Source: Myxococcota bacterium
Lineage (GTDB): Bacteria > Myxococcota_A > Polyangia > Nannocystales > Nannocystaceae
Assembly (NCBI GenBank): GCA_039194325.1
Contig: JBCCWC010000002.1
Coordinates: 160,001 to 224,000, forward strand
Direction of reading: 5' to 3'
Length of the DNA: 64,000 nucleotides
A program made the position numbers and the translations under genes. The notes under the pieces were generated by a model. The model saw only the letters and a list, made by a program, of their open reading frames with translations, was not told the origin of the DNA and made no database searches. This document shows positions 10,348 through 19,792 of the stretch, one piece after another (the first letter of the stretch is position 1; each line of letters opens with the position of its first letter).

Positions 10348-10479
10348 GGGCGCATTGTCTACCTTGGCGCGAGTCTAGCAGGCAGGCCTTCGCTTGCCCC
10401 CCGCCCGAACGGGTAGGAGCCTCCCGAGGCGGCCAGGGTTTGCACCCGCCCCAACGCGCTGTAGAAGGAGGGCATACCG

Positions 10480-11796
10480 GTGCGCCTCCACACTCGTATC
10501 GTTCCCGATCTAGAGGGCGTAGATCCCGCAGACTGGGATGCCCTCGACCACGGTCCGAGTCCGTTCACGGAGTACGGGTTTCTACGAGCCCTGGAGCGCT
10601 CGGGTTCGGTCGGTCCGGGTACGGGCTGGGAGCCGCGTTACGTGCTGATCGAGCGAGCGCCTCCGTTGGGCGATCGCGAGCATAGCGCTCCGGGCGCGAA
10701 CGGCTTGCTGGGTGCGGTCGCCTGCTACCGCAAGACGCACAGCTACGGCGAGTACATCTTCGATTTTGCGTGGGCGCGGGCCAGCATGCGGGCGGGCCTG
10801 CCCTACTACCCCAAGCTCGTGGTAGCCGCTCCGGTGACCCCGGCCACCGGGCGTCGTCTGCTCGTCGCGCCGGGGCTGCCGCCCGAAGAGCACGAGGCGG
10901 TCATCGAGGCGCTGCTGGTCGGGGTGCGCGACGTGGCCGACGACCTCGAGTGTGGCTCGGTCCACTGGCTATTTTGCAGCGCCGACGAGCACGGGCGCCT
11001 GGCCGAGGCCGACTTTTGCCCGCGGGCGAGCTTCCAGTTCCACTGGCACAACCGGGGGTATGCCGACTTCGATGCCTTCCTTGCCACGCTCGCCTCGCGC
11101 AAGCGCAAGCAGATCCGCAAGGAGCGGCGCCGAGCGCTGGAGTCCGTGGATGGCCCCGTGCGGTTCGTGCCGGCGGCCGACTGGAGCCGCCAGGAGATCG
11201 CCAAGCTCGAGGCCTTCTATCGTCGCACCTGCTACATGCATGGCAACGAGGGGTACCTGACGCCCGAGTTCTTCGAGCTGATGCCCACCATGCTGCCGCA
11301 GCGGGCTCGCTTTGCGCAGGTGCGTCAAGACGGCGAGACGGTGGCCGGGGCGCTCTACTTTCAGACCGAGCACGCGCTCTACGGTCGCTACTGGGGGTGT
11401 CGTTGCGAGATCCCCTTCTTGCACTTCGAGGTGGCCTACTACGCGGGGATCGAGCACTGCATCCGCGAGGGGCTGGCGCTGTTCGAGGCGGGGGCGCAGG
11501 GCGAGCACAAGCTGCTGCGGGGGTTTTTGCCCGCCAAGACCCACAGCAACCACTGGATGCGACACCCCGGGCTGCGCGAGGGCGTCGAGCGGTTCTTGCG
11601 GGGGGAGGCGATGGAGCTTACGGGCTATATGGAGCAGCTCGGTCGTTTCAGCCCGTATCGCAAGGGTGACGACGGTTCGCCGCTGCCGCTGCCGAAGGTG
11701 GGCGTGTGCGAGGTGGGCGAGGCCGGCGAGCAGGCCGCGGCCGAGGGCGACGATGCGCTTGATGATGCGCTTGATGGTGCGCTCGATGTTTGTTGA
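10480..11796 (+). CDS. FemAB-like GNAT protein (DUF482/COG3146)
   Basis: HSYGEYIFDFAWA, YYPKLVVAAPVTPATG, LYGRYWG, LHFEVAYY and FEAGAQGEHKLLRGF. Confidence 0.9.
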   Translation: MRLHTRIVPDLEGVDPADWDALDHGPSPFTEYGFLRALERSGSVGPGTGWEPRYVLIERAPPLGDREHSAPGANGLLGAVACYRKTHSYGEYIFDFAWARASMRAGLPYYPKLVVAAPVTPATGRRLLVAPGLPPEEHEAVIEALLVGVRDVADDLECGSVHWLFCSADEHGRLAEADFCPRASFQFHWHNRGYADFDAFLATLASRKRKQIRKERRRALESVDGPVRFVPAADWSRQEIAKLEAFYRRTCYMHGNEGYLTPEFFELMPTMLPQRARFAQVRQDGETVAGALYFQTEHALYGRYWGCRCEIPFLHFEVAYYAGIEHCIREGLALFEAGAQGEHKLLRGFLPAKTHSNHWMRHPGLREGVERFLRGEAMELTGYMEQLGRFSPYRKGDDGSPLPLPKVGVCEVGEAGEQAAAEGDDALDDALDGALDVC

Positions 11797-12012
11797 GCTG
11801 CATCGACTCACAGCTCGATATCCAGATCATCATCACCACTTATTCCGCACGGTGGGGGATGCGGTGCGCGTCGTTGTTCGACGCTCCACTGGTGAGGCCC
11901 ATCACGATCCGTAAAAAACATTCACCCGATCGCGAGTGCTCGAGCCTCCGGTAGGCAGCGCTCCTCGCTCCGGCCACCGATGGTCGGGCGAGCGACGAGC
12001 GCTCGTTCGACC

Positions 12013-13134
12013 ATGGCCCACGACCCACTCGATCCCTGGCCCCGTCCTGTGTCCGCGCTGCTGAGCCTCGCCGTCCTCGCCCTCGCGTGTGGCGTGCCCG
12101 AGCCCGACGGCTCGAGCCCCATCCGCGACGAGCCCGAGTCCGGGTCCGGTGGGCCCGCCGACGATGAGGGGTCTACGGAGGCCGGGGCTTCCACCGATCG
12201 GCCGGAGGACGGCACCACCGATGGCGGGTCGCAGGACGAGACCGGGAGCGACGAGACCGGCCCCGGCAGCGGTCCGATCACCGAGGACGCGCGCAACTAC
12301 ATCTTCGGGCACAGCTTGATCCTCCACGCTCCCGAGGCCAACGTACCTCGCTGGCTACACGCGCTGTCCCAGCAGGCCGGATACGGCTACGGGATGAGCG
12401 GGCAGTACGGGTTCGCCGACACCCACGCCGCCGATCTGCCCCCCGATCCACAGTGGGGCATCGAGGGGGTGACCTCGCTGTGGGACGACGACGACGGGCA
12501 GGCGTTCGAGGACGTCGACTTCAACGTCGTGCTGTTCACCGAGGCGAATTTCCGCCAGTACTACCCGCCCACCGAGCCCGATCCCGACGGCATCCTGCCC
12601 GAGTCCTCCGTGCAGAGCACGACGACGGTGTTCGACTGGGTCGAGGCGGCCGAGCCGGGCGTTCGCTACGTGCTGTACGAGAACTGGCCAGATATGAGTG
12701 CGTTCACGAGCGCCGACTTCGGCGCCACGTTCCCCACCGAGGACGAGCTGTCGGCCTACTACGCGTACACCTCGGGCGAGTTCCACCAGTGGTGGCTCGA
12801 CTACCACGACGCCATGATGGAGGTTCGCCCGGGCCTCGACGTGCGCATGATCCCGGTGGGGCCGATCGTGGTGGAACTGCTGGGCTCGATCCTGAGCGAC
12901 GTGCCCCCCGAGGTCCTCTACGAGGACGACGCCCCCCACGGGCGACCCACGCTCTACTTCCTCGCGGGGCTCGTCACCTACATGGGCATGTACGGGGTCG
13001 AGGCCCCGAGTGACTTCGTCGTGCCCGAGTCGATCGACGCGCGGGTGGCAGAGCGCTACGGCGAGATCGTGGCGGACATCTGGGCGCAGCTGCAGCAATT
13101 CGACGACGGCGACGGCCGCAGCCGGGTGTTCTGA
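12013..13134 (+). CDS. Hypothetical lipoprotein, possible SGNH-like fold
   Basis: LALAC lipobox, an acidic linker, YIFGHSL and a late DDAPHG (GxS...DxxH spacing). Family assignment is tentative. Confidence 0.6.
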   Translation: MAHDPLDPWPRPVSALLSLAVLALACGVPEPDGSSPIRDEPESGSGGPADDEGSTEAGASTDRPEDGTTDGGSQDETGSDETGPGSGPITEDARNYIFGHSLILHAPEANVPRWLHALSQQAGYGYGMSGQYGFADTHAADLPPDPQWGIEGVTSLWDDDDGQAFEDVDFNVVLFTEANFRQYYPPTEPDPDGILPESSVQSTTTVFDWVEAAEPGVRYVLYENWPDMSAFTSADFGATFPTEDELSAYYAYTSGEFHQWWLDYHDAMMEVRPGLDVRMIPVGPIVVELLGSILSDVPPEVLYEDDAPHGRPTLYFLAGLVTYMGMYGVEAPSDFVVPESIDARVAERYGEIVADIWAQLQQFDDGDGRSRVF

Positions 13135-13249
13135 GCTGAGGGGCTCCGCGGACCGCCGGGGTATCGCCGAGGTACCGTGTCGTCGCTGTGGGCGCGAGCG
13201 TCTACGCGGATAGGCGATACGAGCTTCGAATTCGGCGGTGACCCTAACT

Positions 13250-13741
13250 ATTCGGTCGTTGGCCCCAGGGCCTGCTTTGTGCTTTGCGGATTACGTGATT
13301 ACCGGGAGCCTCCGAGGCCGGTGGCTCTTCATCGAGCTACGCGAGCGCACGGGGCAGGCGATCGAGCACCTCCTTGATCACCCCCGAGTCGATGCATAAG
13401 CATTCGATCGTATCCAGCGCCCGAGACTCCTCTCCGGCGCGTCGCGTATATATCGTGATTCGGTATTCGGTAGAGCGACTGGCTGTAGTCGATCCACGCC
13501 AATTCTACCATGAGCGTGGGCTCCGCGGCGTCCTCGACCACGTCGACCCGGTGCACCTTCTCAAGGGCCGCGACGCTGTCCTCCCTCAGGAACCTCACGG
13601 TCTCCTCCGCGTACTGAGCCTATTGCGACTTGAGCAGGGCGGCATAGTCGACCTCAAGCGTGACCTGCTGCTGCCGGGCCGCATAACCAGGAGCCGGAGC
13701 AGCCATCAGATCAGAGCCATCGCGAGCACGTACGAGTTCAT
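13250..13741 (-). pseudogene. Pseudogene of a secreted protein (two micro-duplications, two nonsense codons)
   Basis: Removing one copy each of ATCAG (13705-13714) and ATTCGGT (13458-13471) gives one frame: MNSYVLAMALMAAPAP...VTLEVDYAALLKSQ*AQYAEETVRFLRED...YRITIYTRRAGEE...IECLCIDSG...LDRLPRALA*LDEEPP. The 3' end is approximate. Confidence 0.7.
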
Positions 13742-14180
13742 AGGGTTTCCCTGGCGAACTGGTGGGCGCAGTGGGTGATCAAGCGTTTGGCCTCAGGAGC
13801 GGTGGGCACCTTGCCGAGCGTCACGCACTCATCGTACCGCGCAAGTTCGGAGAGCGCTCTTACCCGCAGTCGGGCGCGAGCATTAGGATCGCCCCAGCAG
13901 GTTGCCGAGCGGGTGAGCTTGGCGACTTTGGTCCAGTGCCGAGCCTCACGGGCTTTGAGCGCCTGGGCGCGGAAGTCCTCACATGGCGCTGCGCTTTGCG
14001 GCTCGGGCGATGGTCGTGGGCGGGTGCGCCTATGCGATCGCAGACGTGCTGAACGTCGTCGTAGGCACTGCCGGGGTCGGTCTGTCCTCGCTCGATGTCG
14101 TCACAGGCGCGGCCGGGGTCGGCTTGCCCTTGCTCGTGGTCGCAGGTACGGTCGGGGTCGGCTTGCCCTCGCTGAAATGA
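13738..14180 (-). pseudogene. 5'-truncated gene remnant: Pro/Thr repeats plus a Cys-containing helical C-terminal domain
   Basis: Frame ...PCEDFRAQALKAREARHWTKVAKLTRSATCW...RARLRVRALSELARYDECVTLG...HCAHQFARETL* ends in an ATGA overlap with the downstream pseudogene start. Upstream are three imperfect ~40-bp GKPTP repeats in another frame, and no start codon. Confidence 0.55.
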
Positions 14181-14348
14181 TAATAATTGCATACGTTACC
14201 GATTAGTCGGTGAGGGTTGAACCGTTTCTCGTACGCATCATTATCAGGTTGTTCGCTGTTGCAATCTGGAAAGAGCTCAAAAGAGTCAAGTTGCAGTTTT
14301 AGAATTTCTTGTAAAAAAGCATATGCAGTTCTTTTGGTGTCAGGCCGA

Positions 14349-15905
14349 TTAGTTGATTTTTTTCCCGAGTATTGAAAGAAGTTCCTTGATGATCTCTGAG
14401 TTCTGACTCGCCGTTTCGTGGAGCATTGTCATAGGCATCTTGCTGGCGTGAGCTTGCTTGTTTGTAAACTCTTCCACAATCCGATTCGTCGCTTCATCTC
14501 CAGATGCCGCGAGTAGAGCGACACAGAACCGCCTGACCTCAACCTCGCGCTCTACTAGTGCATCTCTTCGTTGCCGCGCGTTACCGTATAGACCCGCAGC
14601 ATATCTCAGCAGTGCAAGGAAAAATGATGCCACAATGAGCCCGACCAGGGCCCGTTTGATTAGTTCCGGCACTTTGGATTCACTTGGAGCATCAAGACTC
14701 TTACGAATGTCGGGGATAAGGGAGTCGATTGCAGCGATTTGACGAGATACCCTGCTCTGAGACTCCGAGAATGCATCTGTCCATTTTCTGACTTTCGACT
14801 CCGTTTCCGAATAAGCAGTTGTGTACTCATTTTCTAATGGTGCGAAATTCGGGTGTTCTGGATGAACTGCGAGACGCTCAAACTCCAGTGCAAGAATTTG
14901 AACGTCATTAGCAGAAGATTCGAACCGAGTATCAATGGTCTTCAGTTCATCTTTGATCTCTTCATGTAGGGACAGATGTTCTTGCGTTGGGTGAGTTTCG
15001 AGGAGTTTTCTGATCGAAGCCTTAATCTCGTCAGCGTCTTTCCTCCGGAGCAGAGATGGCTGGATTTTTAGAAGACCGTCGGCGAGATCTTCTGATGTCT
15101 CTTGAAGTTGAGCTGTCTTGCGACCAATTCCTGCACCGTCGTCATTTACCAATATGTAGCCATAGTAGCTAATGACGATAGAAAATATGAGGCCCACGAC
15201 AATCGTAATGCCGAGAAATCGGCCTGCGTCCTTCTCGGCTCGCTCGTGAGCATTGTTGAGGCGCCCGAGAATATAAGGGACATGAGAGAGAGCCGCGTCC
15301 TCCGGTCGGGACGATCGCGGTAATGTATCGCGAAGTACCCGCAAAAAATGGTGGGACGAAATGATCCTGTCGGTTGCGATGCGGAGAGCTATTGGTTCGG
15401 GCAGAACATGTTCCCCGTCAGAAATCTGTTCGTATTCTCCCTTTGCCCTCCATTTTCGAAATCCCCAAAAACTGACCAGAGCAACGTTGACGACCAAAAT
15501 TTCTCGAACGAAATAGAAAGGGCTAGACAATAGCCCACCTAGTGCTTGGCGGCCGAAGTCGCCTGAACCTACGGTTGGGGAGAATAGCAGGTTGACAATG
15601 CCCCATACGCTTGCTGCCAACGAACCGAGTATCGAGAATTGTACGATGGGCCGCCGTAAAAACGGCGCTCCTCGATCTTGCGGCTTTTCCGGAACTGGCG
15701 TTCTGGATGAACTCTCGTTGCTAGGAGGAGGTCGTCTGCTTCCTCCTTGGGCTCCGCCGAGGAGATCAGGGTGCATGTGTTGTGGATTTTTTGGCGGTGT
15801 GTTTGGCTGTGACTCGCTAGTAGGTGGACTTACGTTGTTAGATAAGGCCACGCTTTCTGTGGTTTTTTTGGCGATTGCATCGGGGTTGGTGTTGTGGTCG
15901 CTCAT
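14349..15905 (-). CDS. Orphan multi-pass membrane protein with long helical/coiled-coil region
   Basis: 518-aa ORF in visibly AT-richer DNA, with about four hydrophobic segments flanking a charged helical region. No family recognised. Confidence 0.8.
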   Translation of the reverse strand: MSDHNTNPDAIAKKTTESVALSNNVSPPTSESQPNTPPKNPQHMHPDLLGGAQGGSRRPPPSNESSSRTPVPEKPQDRGAPFLRRPIVQFSILGSLAASVWGIVNLLFSPTVGSGDFGRQALGGLLSSPFYFVREILVVNVALVSFWGFRKWRAKGEYEQISDGEHVLPEPIALRIATDRIISSHHFLRVLRDTLPRSSRPEDAALSHVPYILGRLNNAHERAEKDAGRFLGITIVVGLIFSIVISYYGYILVNDDGAGIGRKTAQLQETSEDLADGLLKIQPSLLRRKDADEIKASIRKLLETHPTQEHLSLHEEIKDELKTIDTRFESSANDVQILALEFERLAVHPEHPNFAPLENEYTTAYSETESKVRKWTDAFSESQSRVSRQIAAIDSLIPDIRKSLDAPSESKVPELIKRALVGLIVASFFLALLRYAAGLYGNARQRRDALVEREVEVRRFCVALLAASGDEATNRIVEEFTNKQAHASKMPMTMLHETASQNSEIIKELLSILGKKIN

Positions 15906-16023
15906 CGGTTTTTCCTACTAAGTGTATTGTACACCTAAGCAGCGTCTCTTGGAGTTCTCAGTGCCGTGCACAGTCGCTTGCTTGCGTAGAAGGATACCTC
16001 GGAGTCGGTTCGCGGACTCCTTT

Positions 16024-16187
16024 CTCGCCCTCGGGCCTCGCCGACATCAAGAAGCCGCCGGCCCGCCCCCGTTCGCCCTCGGACCTCGCCGACAGCTCCG
16101 CTCGCTCTCATGCCTCGCTCATCTCTGCGCCCTCCCCCGTTCACCCTCGGGCCTCGCCGACAGCAAGCAGCCCGCGGGCCCGACCCC
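16024..16187. repeat. Three imperfect direct repeats (CCCTCGG(G/A)CCTCGCCGACA core)
   Basis: The core occurs near 16028, 16076 and 16144, forming a GC-rich patch inside the AT-richer island. Confidence 0.6.
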
Positions 16188-16940
16188 GTTGACGGTTCCG
16201 GACAGCCGGATTGTCAACGCAAAGTAGACATGTCGTGTAGCTGCGGTCGTTGTAGCTCGCCAACCGGTCGGTGAGTAGCAGACCGTTCGAGTGGTCGCCA
16301 GGGCGGACTCGTAACCTGTAGAGCGCGATATACTTAGGAGCGGGTCGATGCTATGCGTAATTTGCGCTTTTTGGACTGACATGCTCGCATGATGCAGGAA
16401 TAGGCCCCATGAGCGACGCTTCTATAGAAGAAAAACAGTATTTGTGTAGGGTAATGATCGGCCACGATGAACCCTCTCACCCGTGATGCCAGCTCTGGTC
16501 GGTTGCGACCTGGAGGTGCCTAGTGCGACTTGACGCAAATGTTCTTACATACATGATTGGTGGATCACCATGACTGCCTGGAACGACCTGTCACAGCACC
16601 AGTTCCGACTGGCATCAACATAGTTCTCATCACCATCTCCTTAAGCAGTCAGTGAATATGAAGTTCCAGACCAGACTCGGAGTATCAAGCATATAGCTAT
16701 ATCTGGACGGATGCATTGGCAATGTACAAATTTGAAAATGACTGTGACGGGCTATTAGCACGAAATCGTGAGTGCAATAGTCATGCCTGACACTCCTTCA
16801 GCCAAGGCATAAGCGTTAGAAAGGGAACCCCTGACGTACAGCATGCCGTTGACACACAGCGTACGACATTTGTCCGATAATCACGCAAAACTGTATAGTA
16901 AGATGCGGAATAGGCGCGGTTTGGGCGTGGGTAGTTCTTG

Positions 16941-17583
16941 GCCTACCCCATTCTGCGCCACCTGGTCGACAGCCGCCAACGGTGGCGCCCCATCGATCGC
17001 GAGTGGTAGTTCTTCGAGACACCGTGGCGTCCCAAGAGTTGGTCGACCAAGCGTCGGCTCATCTTCGTTCACCGTCGTCGTTCCGTCCGTCACAAGGGTC
17101 GGCTGCAGCTGGACCTGTTCGAGTCCATCGAGCACGAATACGAGTACAAGGTCATCGTCACGAACAAGACCGTCTCGGCCGCCACCGTCATCAAGTTCTT
17201 CAATGAGCGTGGCCTCCAGGAGAAGACCTACGGGGATGCCAAGCAGTTCGCTCCCCTGCAAGCGGCGCGCGGCCGATCAGCTCTACCTGGTATGCTCCAT
17301 GCTCGCGCACAACCTCAGCCGTGAGCTCCAGATGCGAACAGCACCCAAGCGACGAGGCACCAAACCCATCGGCCCCGCGATCTTTGAGCTTGAGACCCTC
17401 GGCACGATTCGCGACCGTCTACTCCGACGCGCGGATCGGTTGACCAATCCCTAGCGTGGCCTCAGGCTGACCGTCGGAGTCACCAGCACCGCTCGCGAGG
17501 ATTCGAGCACCTGTTCGAGCACCTTCAGGCTGCGTAGCCGACACGGCGTTGCAGCCTATACGGGGGGTCGTGCAACGCTGAGG
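16941..17583 (+). mobile_element. IS1380-family transposase remnant (3' part) with probable right end
   Basis: W*FFETPWRPKSW...LQLDLFESIEHEYEYKVIVTNK...FFNERGLQEK, then a frameshift near 17250 into QLYLVCSMLAHNLSRELQM...LGTIRDRLLRRADRLTNP*. The element ends in TGCAACGCTGAGG at 17583; IS1380 ends are typically CC...GG. Confidence 0.8.
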
Positions 17584-17934
17584 TTGAGTCCTCAGCGATC
17601 AGCCGCGGCAAACTCCGAGGTCCTTGATGGAATCGATGATGAGGGCGACGATGGAGGCGATGTGCAGTTCGAATCGTAATGCATCACGCGTTAGGATCGA
17701 TTGACTTGGTGCTATTGTCAGCGTTATGCTGCTCTAGAGTCAACCAAAGCCAGTCCATCCGCTCGGTGTGGCTGAATCCCAGTAGAACGCCGATCTGCTT
17801 CGGCGAGCGGCCATGGGCGCTCGACGTGGTGTCGCGTCGAGGTGCATGAGTCTGCGCTCTACGTGAGCCTCTTTAGGTCTGGCGATTCATCGTCTCTTTT
17901 ACATCCCGCGACCATCGCGAGGGAGGAGTGTGTC

Positions 17935-19137
17935 ATGTCTCCAAGTGTCATTACTTTCGCCAGCCTGATGGCATTGGGTGATCCCTCGTGGCAACCGCCT
18001 CGTGATCCCTCCCTGGTCATCGACGGTACGATCGCCACCGCGTGTCAGTGGCCCACCGTCGTGGCGACGGTCGTCGATCCCGCCTTTCCGAGCCTGGGAA
18101 CGGGATCTCTGGTTCATCCAAGGGTCGTGGTGTACAGCGCCCATAGTGGCACCTCGTTCGACCATATCTTCGTCGGGGAAGACATCTATGGGGAGGGAAG
18201 GCAAGCGTCGATCGAGCGGTGCGTCGCGCATCCGGACTGGGATGGCATGATTCAGGAAGGGGACGACATCGCCTACTGCCTGCTCTCCGAGTCGGTCGAC
18301 GACGTTCCCATCATTCCGATCCTCATGGGTTGTGAGGTCGAACAAAACCTGGTCGACGGCCTTGCTCTTCATCAAGTTGGGTTTGGGATGTACACGGAAG
18401 GCAGCCCCCCGGATGGCCAGAAGCGCTGGGTCTCGAATGGTCGACTCGTGGGTGGTGACGCGCTGGAGCTCATGGTCGAGAACCCGGGCCGGGGGGGCGT
18501 GGGGGTTGGTGATAGCGGGGGTCCCCTGCTCATTCCGGTCGCCGACGGCAGTTGGCGTGTCTTCGGTGTCTTGAGCTGGGGGCAGGGGGAGATGTCCGCG
18601 TATATCCCGATCCACCACCACATGGCCTGGCTCGAAGGGGAGCTCGCGGCTGAGGGGATCGACCTCAGCCCGTGCCACGATAGCGATGGCCGCTGGAACC
18701 CCAGCGATGAGTGCACGATGTTTCCCTTGGATCCCGACGTTGGGGGAGGGCGATGGGCGACGGGATGTGAGCCGGGTGCGCTGTCCGGTCCTTCGGCGAC
18801 CTGCGGTGAGCCCGGTGGATCCGACGAGACTGGAACAAGCAGTAGCGACAGCTCGGGTGGTGAGCCCGGCGGAGGCGAGACCAGCACCACGGCCAGTCAC
18901 GACGGCACCACGACAGCGGTGGCCGGTACCAGTCGTGGAGGAGTAGAGGAGCCGGATCGTACGACTGGAGTCGGCGGCGACAGCAATACCGATACTGGAG
19001 GCGGCGGCATACCGGCGACCGATGGGGACCAGGGCTGCGGGTGTCGTGGTCCGCAGGCCCCGATCGGCGATGCCATGCTTGTGTGGATCTGGTCGGGCCT
19101 GATCGTCTTGCAGCGGCGCCGAGCGTCGCGCGGATGA
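17935..19137 (+). CDS. S1 (trypsin-like) serine peptidase with MYXO-CTERM tail
   Basis: GGAGG RBS, YSAH, DDIAY and GDSGGP triad motifs, a Ser/Thr/Gly linker, and a C-terminal GCGC + hydrophobic + RRR sorting signal. Confidence 0.9.
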   Translation: MSPSVITFASLMALGDPSWQPPRDPSLVIDGTIATACQWPTVVATVVDPAFPSLGTGSLVHPRVVVYSAHSGTSFDHIFVGEDIYGEGRQASIERCVAHPDWDGMIQEGDDIAYCLLSESVDDVPIIPILMGCEVEQNLVDGLALHQVGFGMYTEGSPPDGQKRWVSNGRLVGGDALELMVENPGRGGVGVGDSGGPLLIPVADGSWRVFGVLSWGQGEMSAYIPIHHHMAWLEGELAAEGIDLSPCHDSDGRWNPSDECTMFPLDPDVGGGRWATGCEPGALSGPSATCGEPGGSDETGTSSSDSSGGEPGGGETSTTASHDGTTTAVAGTSRGGVEEPDRTTGVGGDSNTDTGGGGIPATDGDQGCGCRGPQAPIGDAMLVWIWSGLIVLQRRRASRG

Positions 19138-19172
19138 TCACCCGATGGGGCATTGTGGCCCGTGCAGGGTCG

Positions 19173-19454
19173 TCAGCCGGTTCGGCCGAGGGCGCGGCGG
19201 ATGAGACTGTTGGCGGCCCGCTCGTTCATCCACTCCGGCGTGGGGTGTCCCTTGGGGCAGGCGACGGTGCCTTGCACCATCGAGCGACCGCCAGACGTGG
19301 AGACGCGATCCTCTCGGAGGATCTGGGTGACCCGACATCCGCAGGTCAGCTCCATCGTCACGACCACGCGGCGGTCGTCATCGGGTGAAGGTCCCACGTA
19401 GAGGACCTCGCGTACTCGCTGGTCCGAGGCGTTGGTTCGATCTGAATTGGACAT
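19173..19454 (-). CDS. Small hypothetical protein, possible zinc ribbon
   Basis: AGGAG RBS before ATG 19454; 93 aa with LTCGC and CPKGH. Confidence 0.55.
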   Translation of the reverse strand: MSNSDRTNASDQRVREVLYVGPSPDDDRRVVVTMELTCGCRVTQILREDRVSTSGGRSMVQGTVACPKGHPTPEWMNERAANSLIRRALGRTG

Positions 19455-19792
19455 GGCTGGCTCTCCTCGGCGTCCTCGCCGCTGCACGCAGGCAGGATCG
19501 CGGACCCGGCGTAGCAAGGAGCAGCGGACTTTCGCTGGCTCAGTTGGTGCTCAGTTGGCGGGGGTCATCGGTATGGACGCCCCGCTACTGTTGATGTTGC
19601 TCGAGCCGTGGGCCTGGTTGGCTTTGGGGATCCCGTCGATCGCGTGAGTGATGATTTCGGCGGATCTACAAGCGCAATGCGACATTCGGGCGGAAACGCC
19701 GTCCGCCCGTCGTGGTCGCCGAGCGCGCTAGGGCTGGGTCGGACAGCGCTGCGCGGCCCCGATGGCACCATGGGCGCCAGCAACAGCGGGAG

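Noticed and set aside
16200..16940. AT-rich stretch as a possible ncRNA or small-gene locus
   Set aside because: I could find no terminator, stable repeat or convincing ORF by eye, so it is left unannotated.
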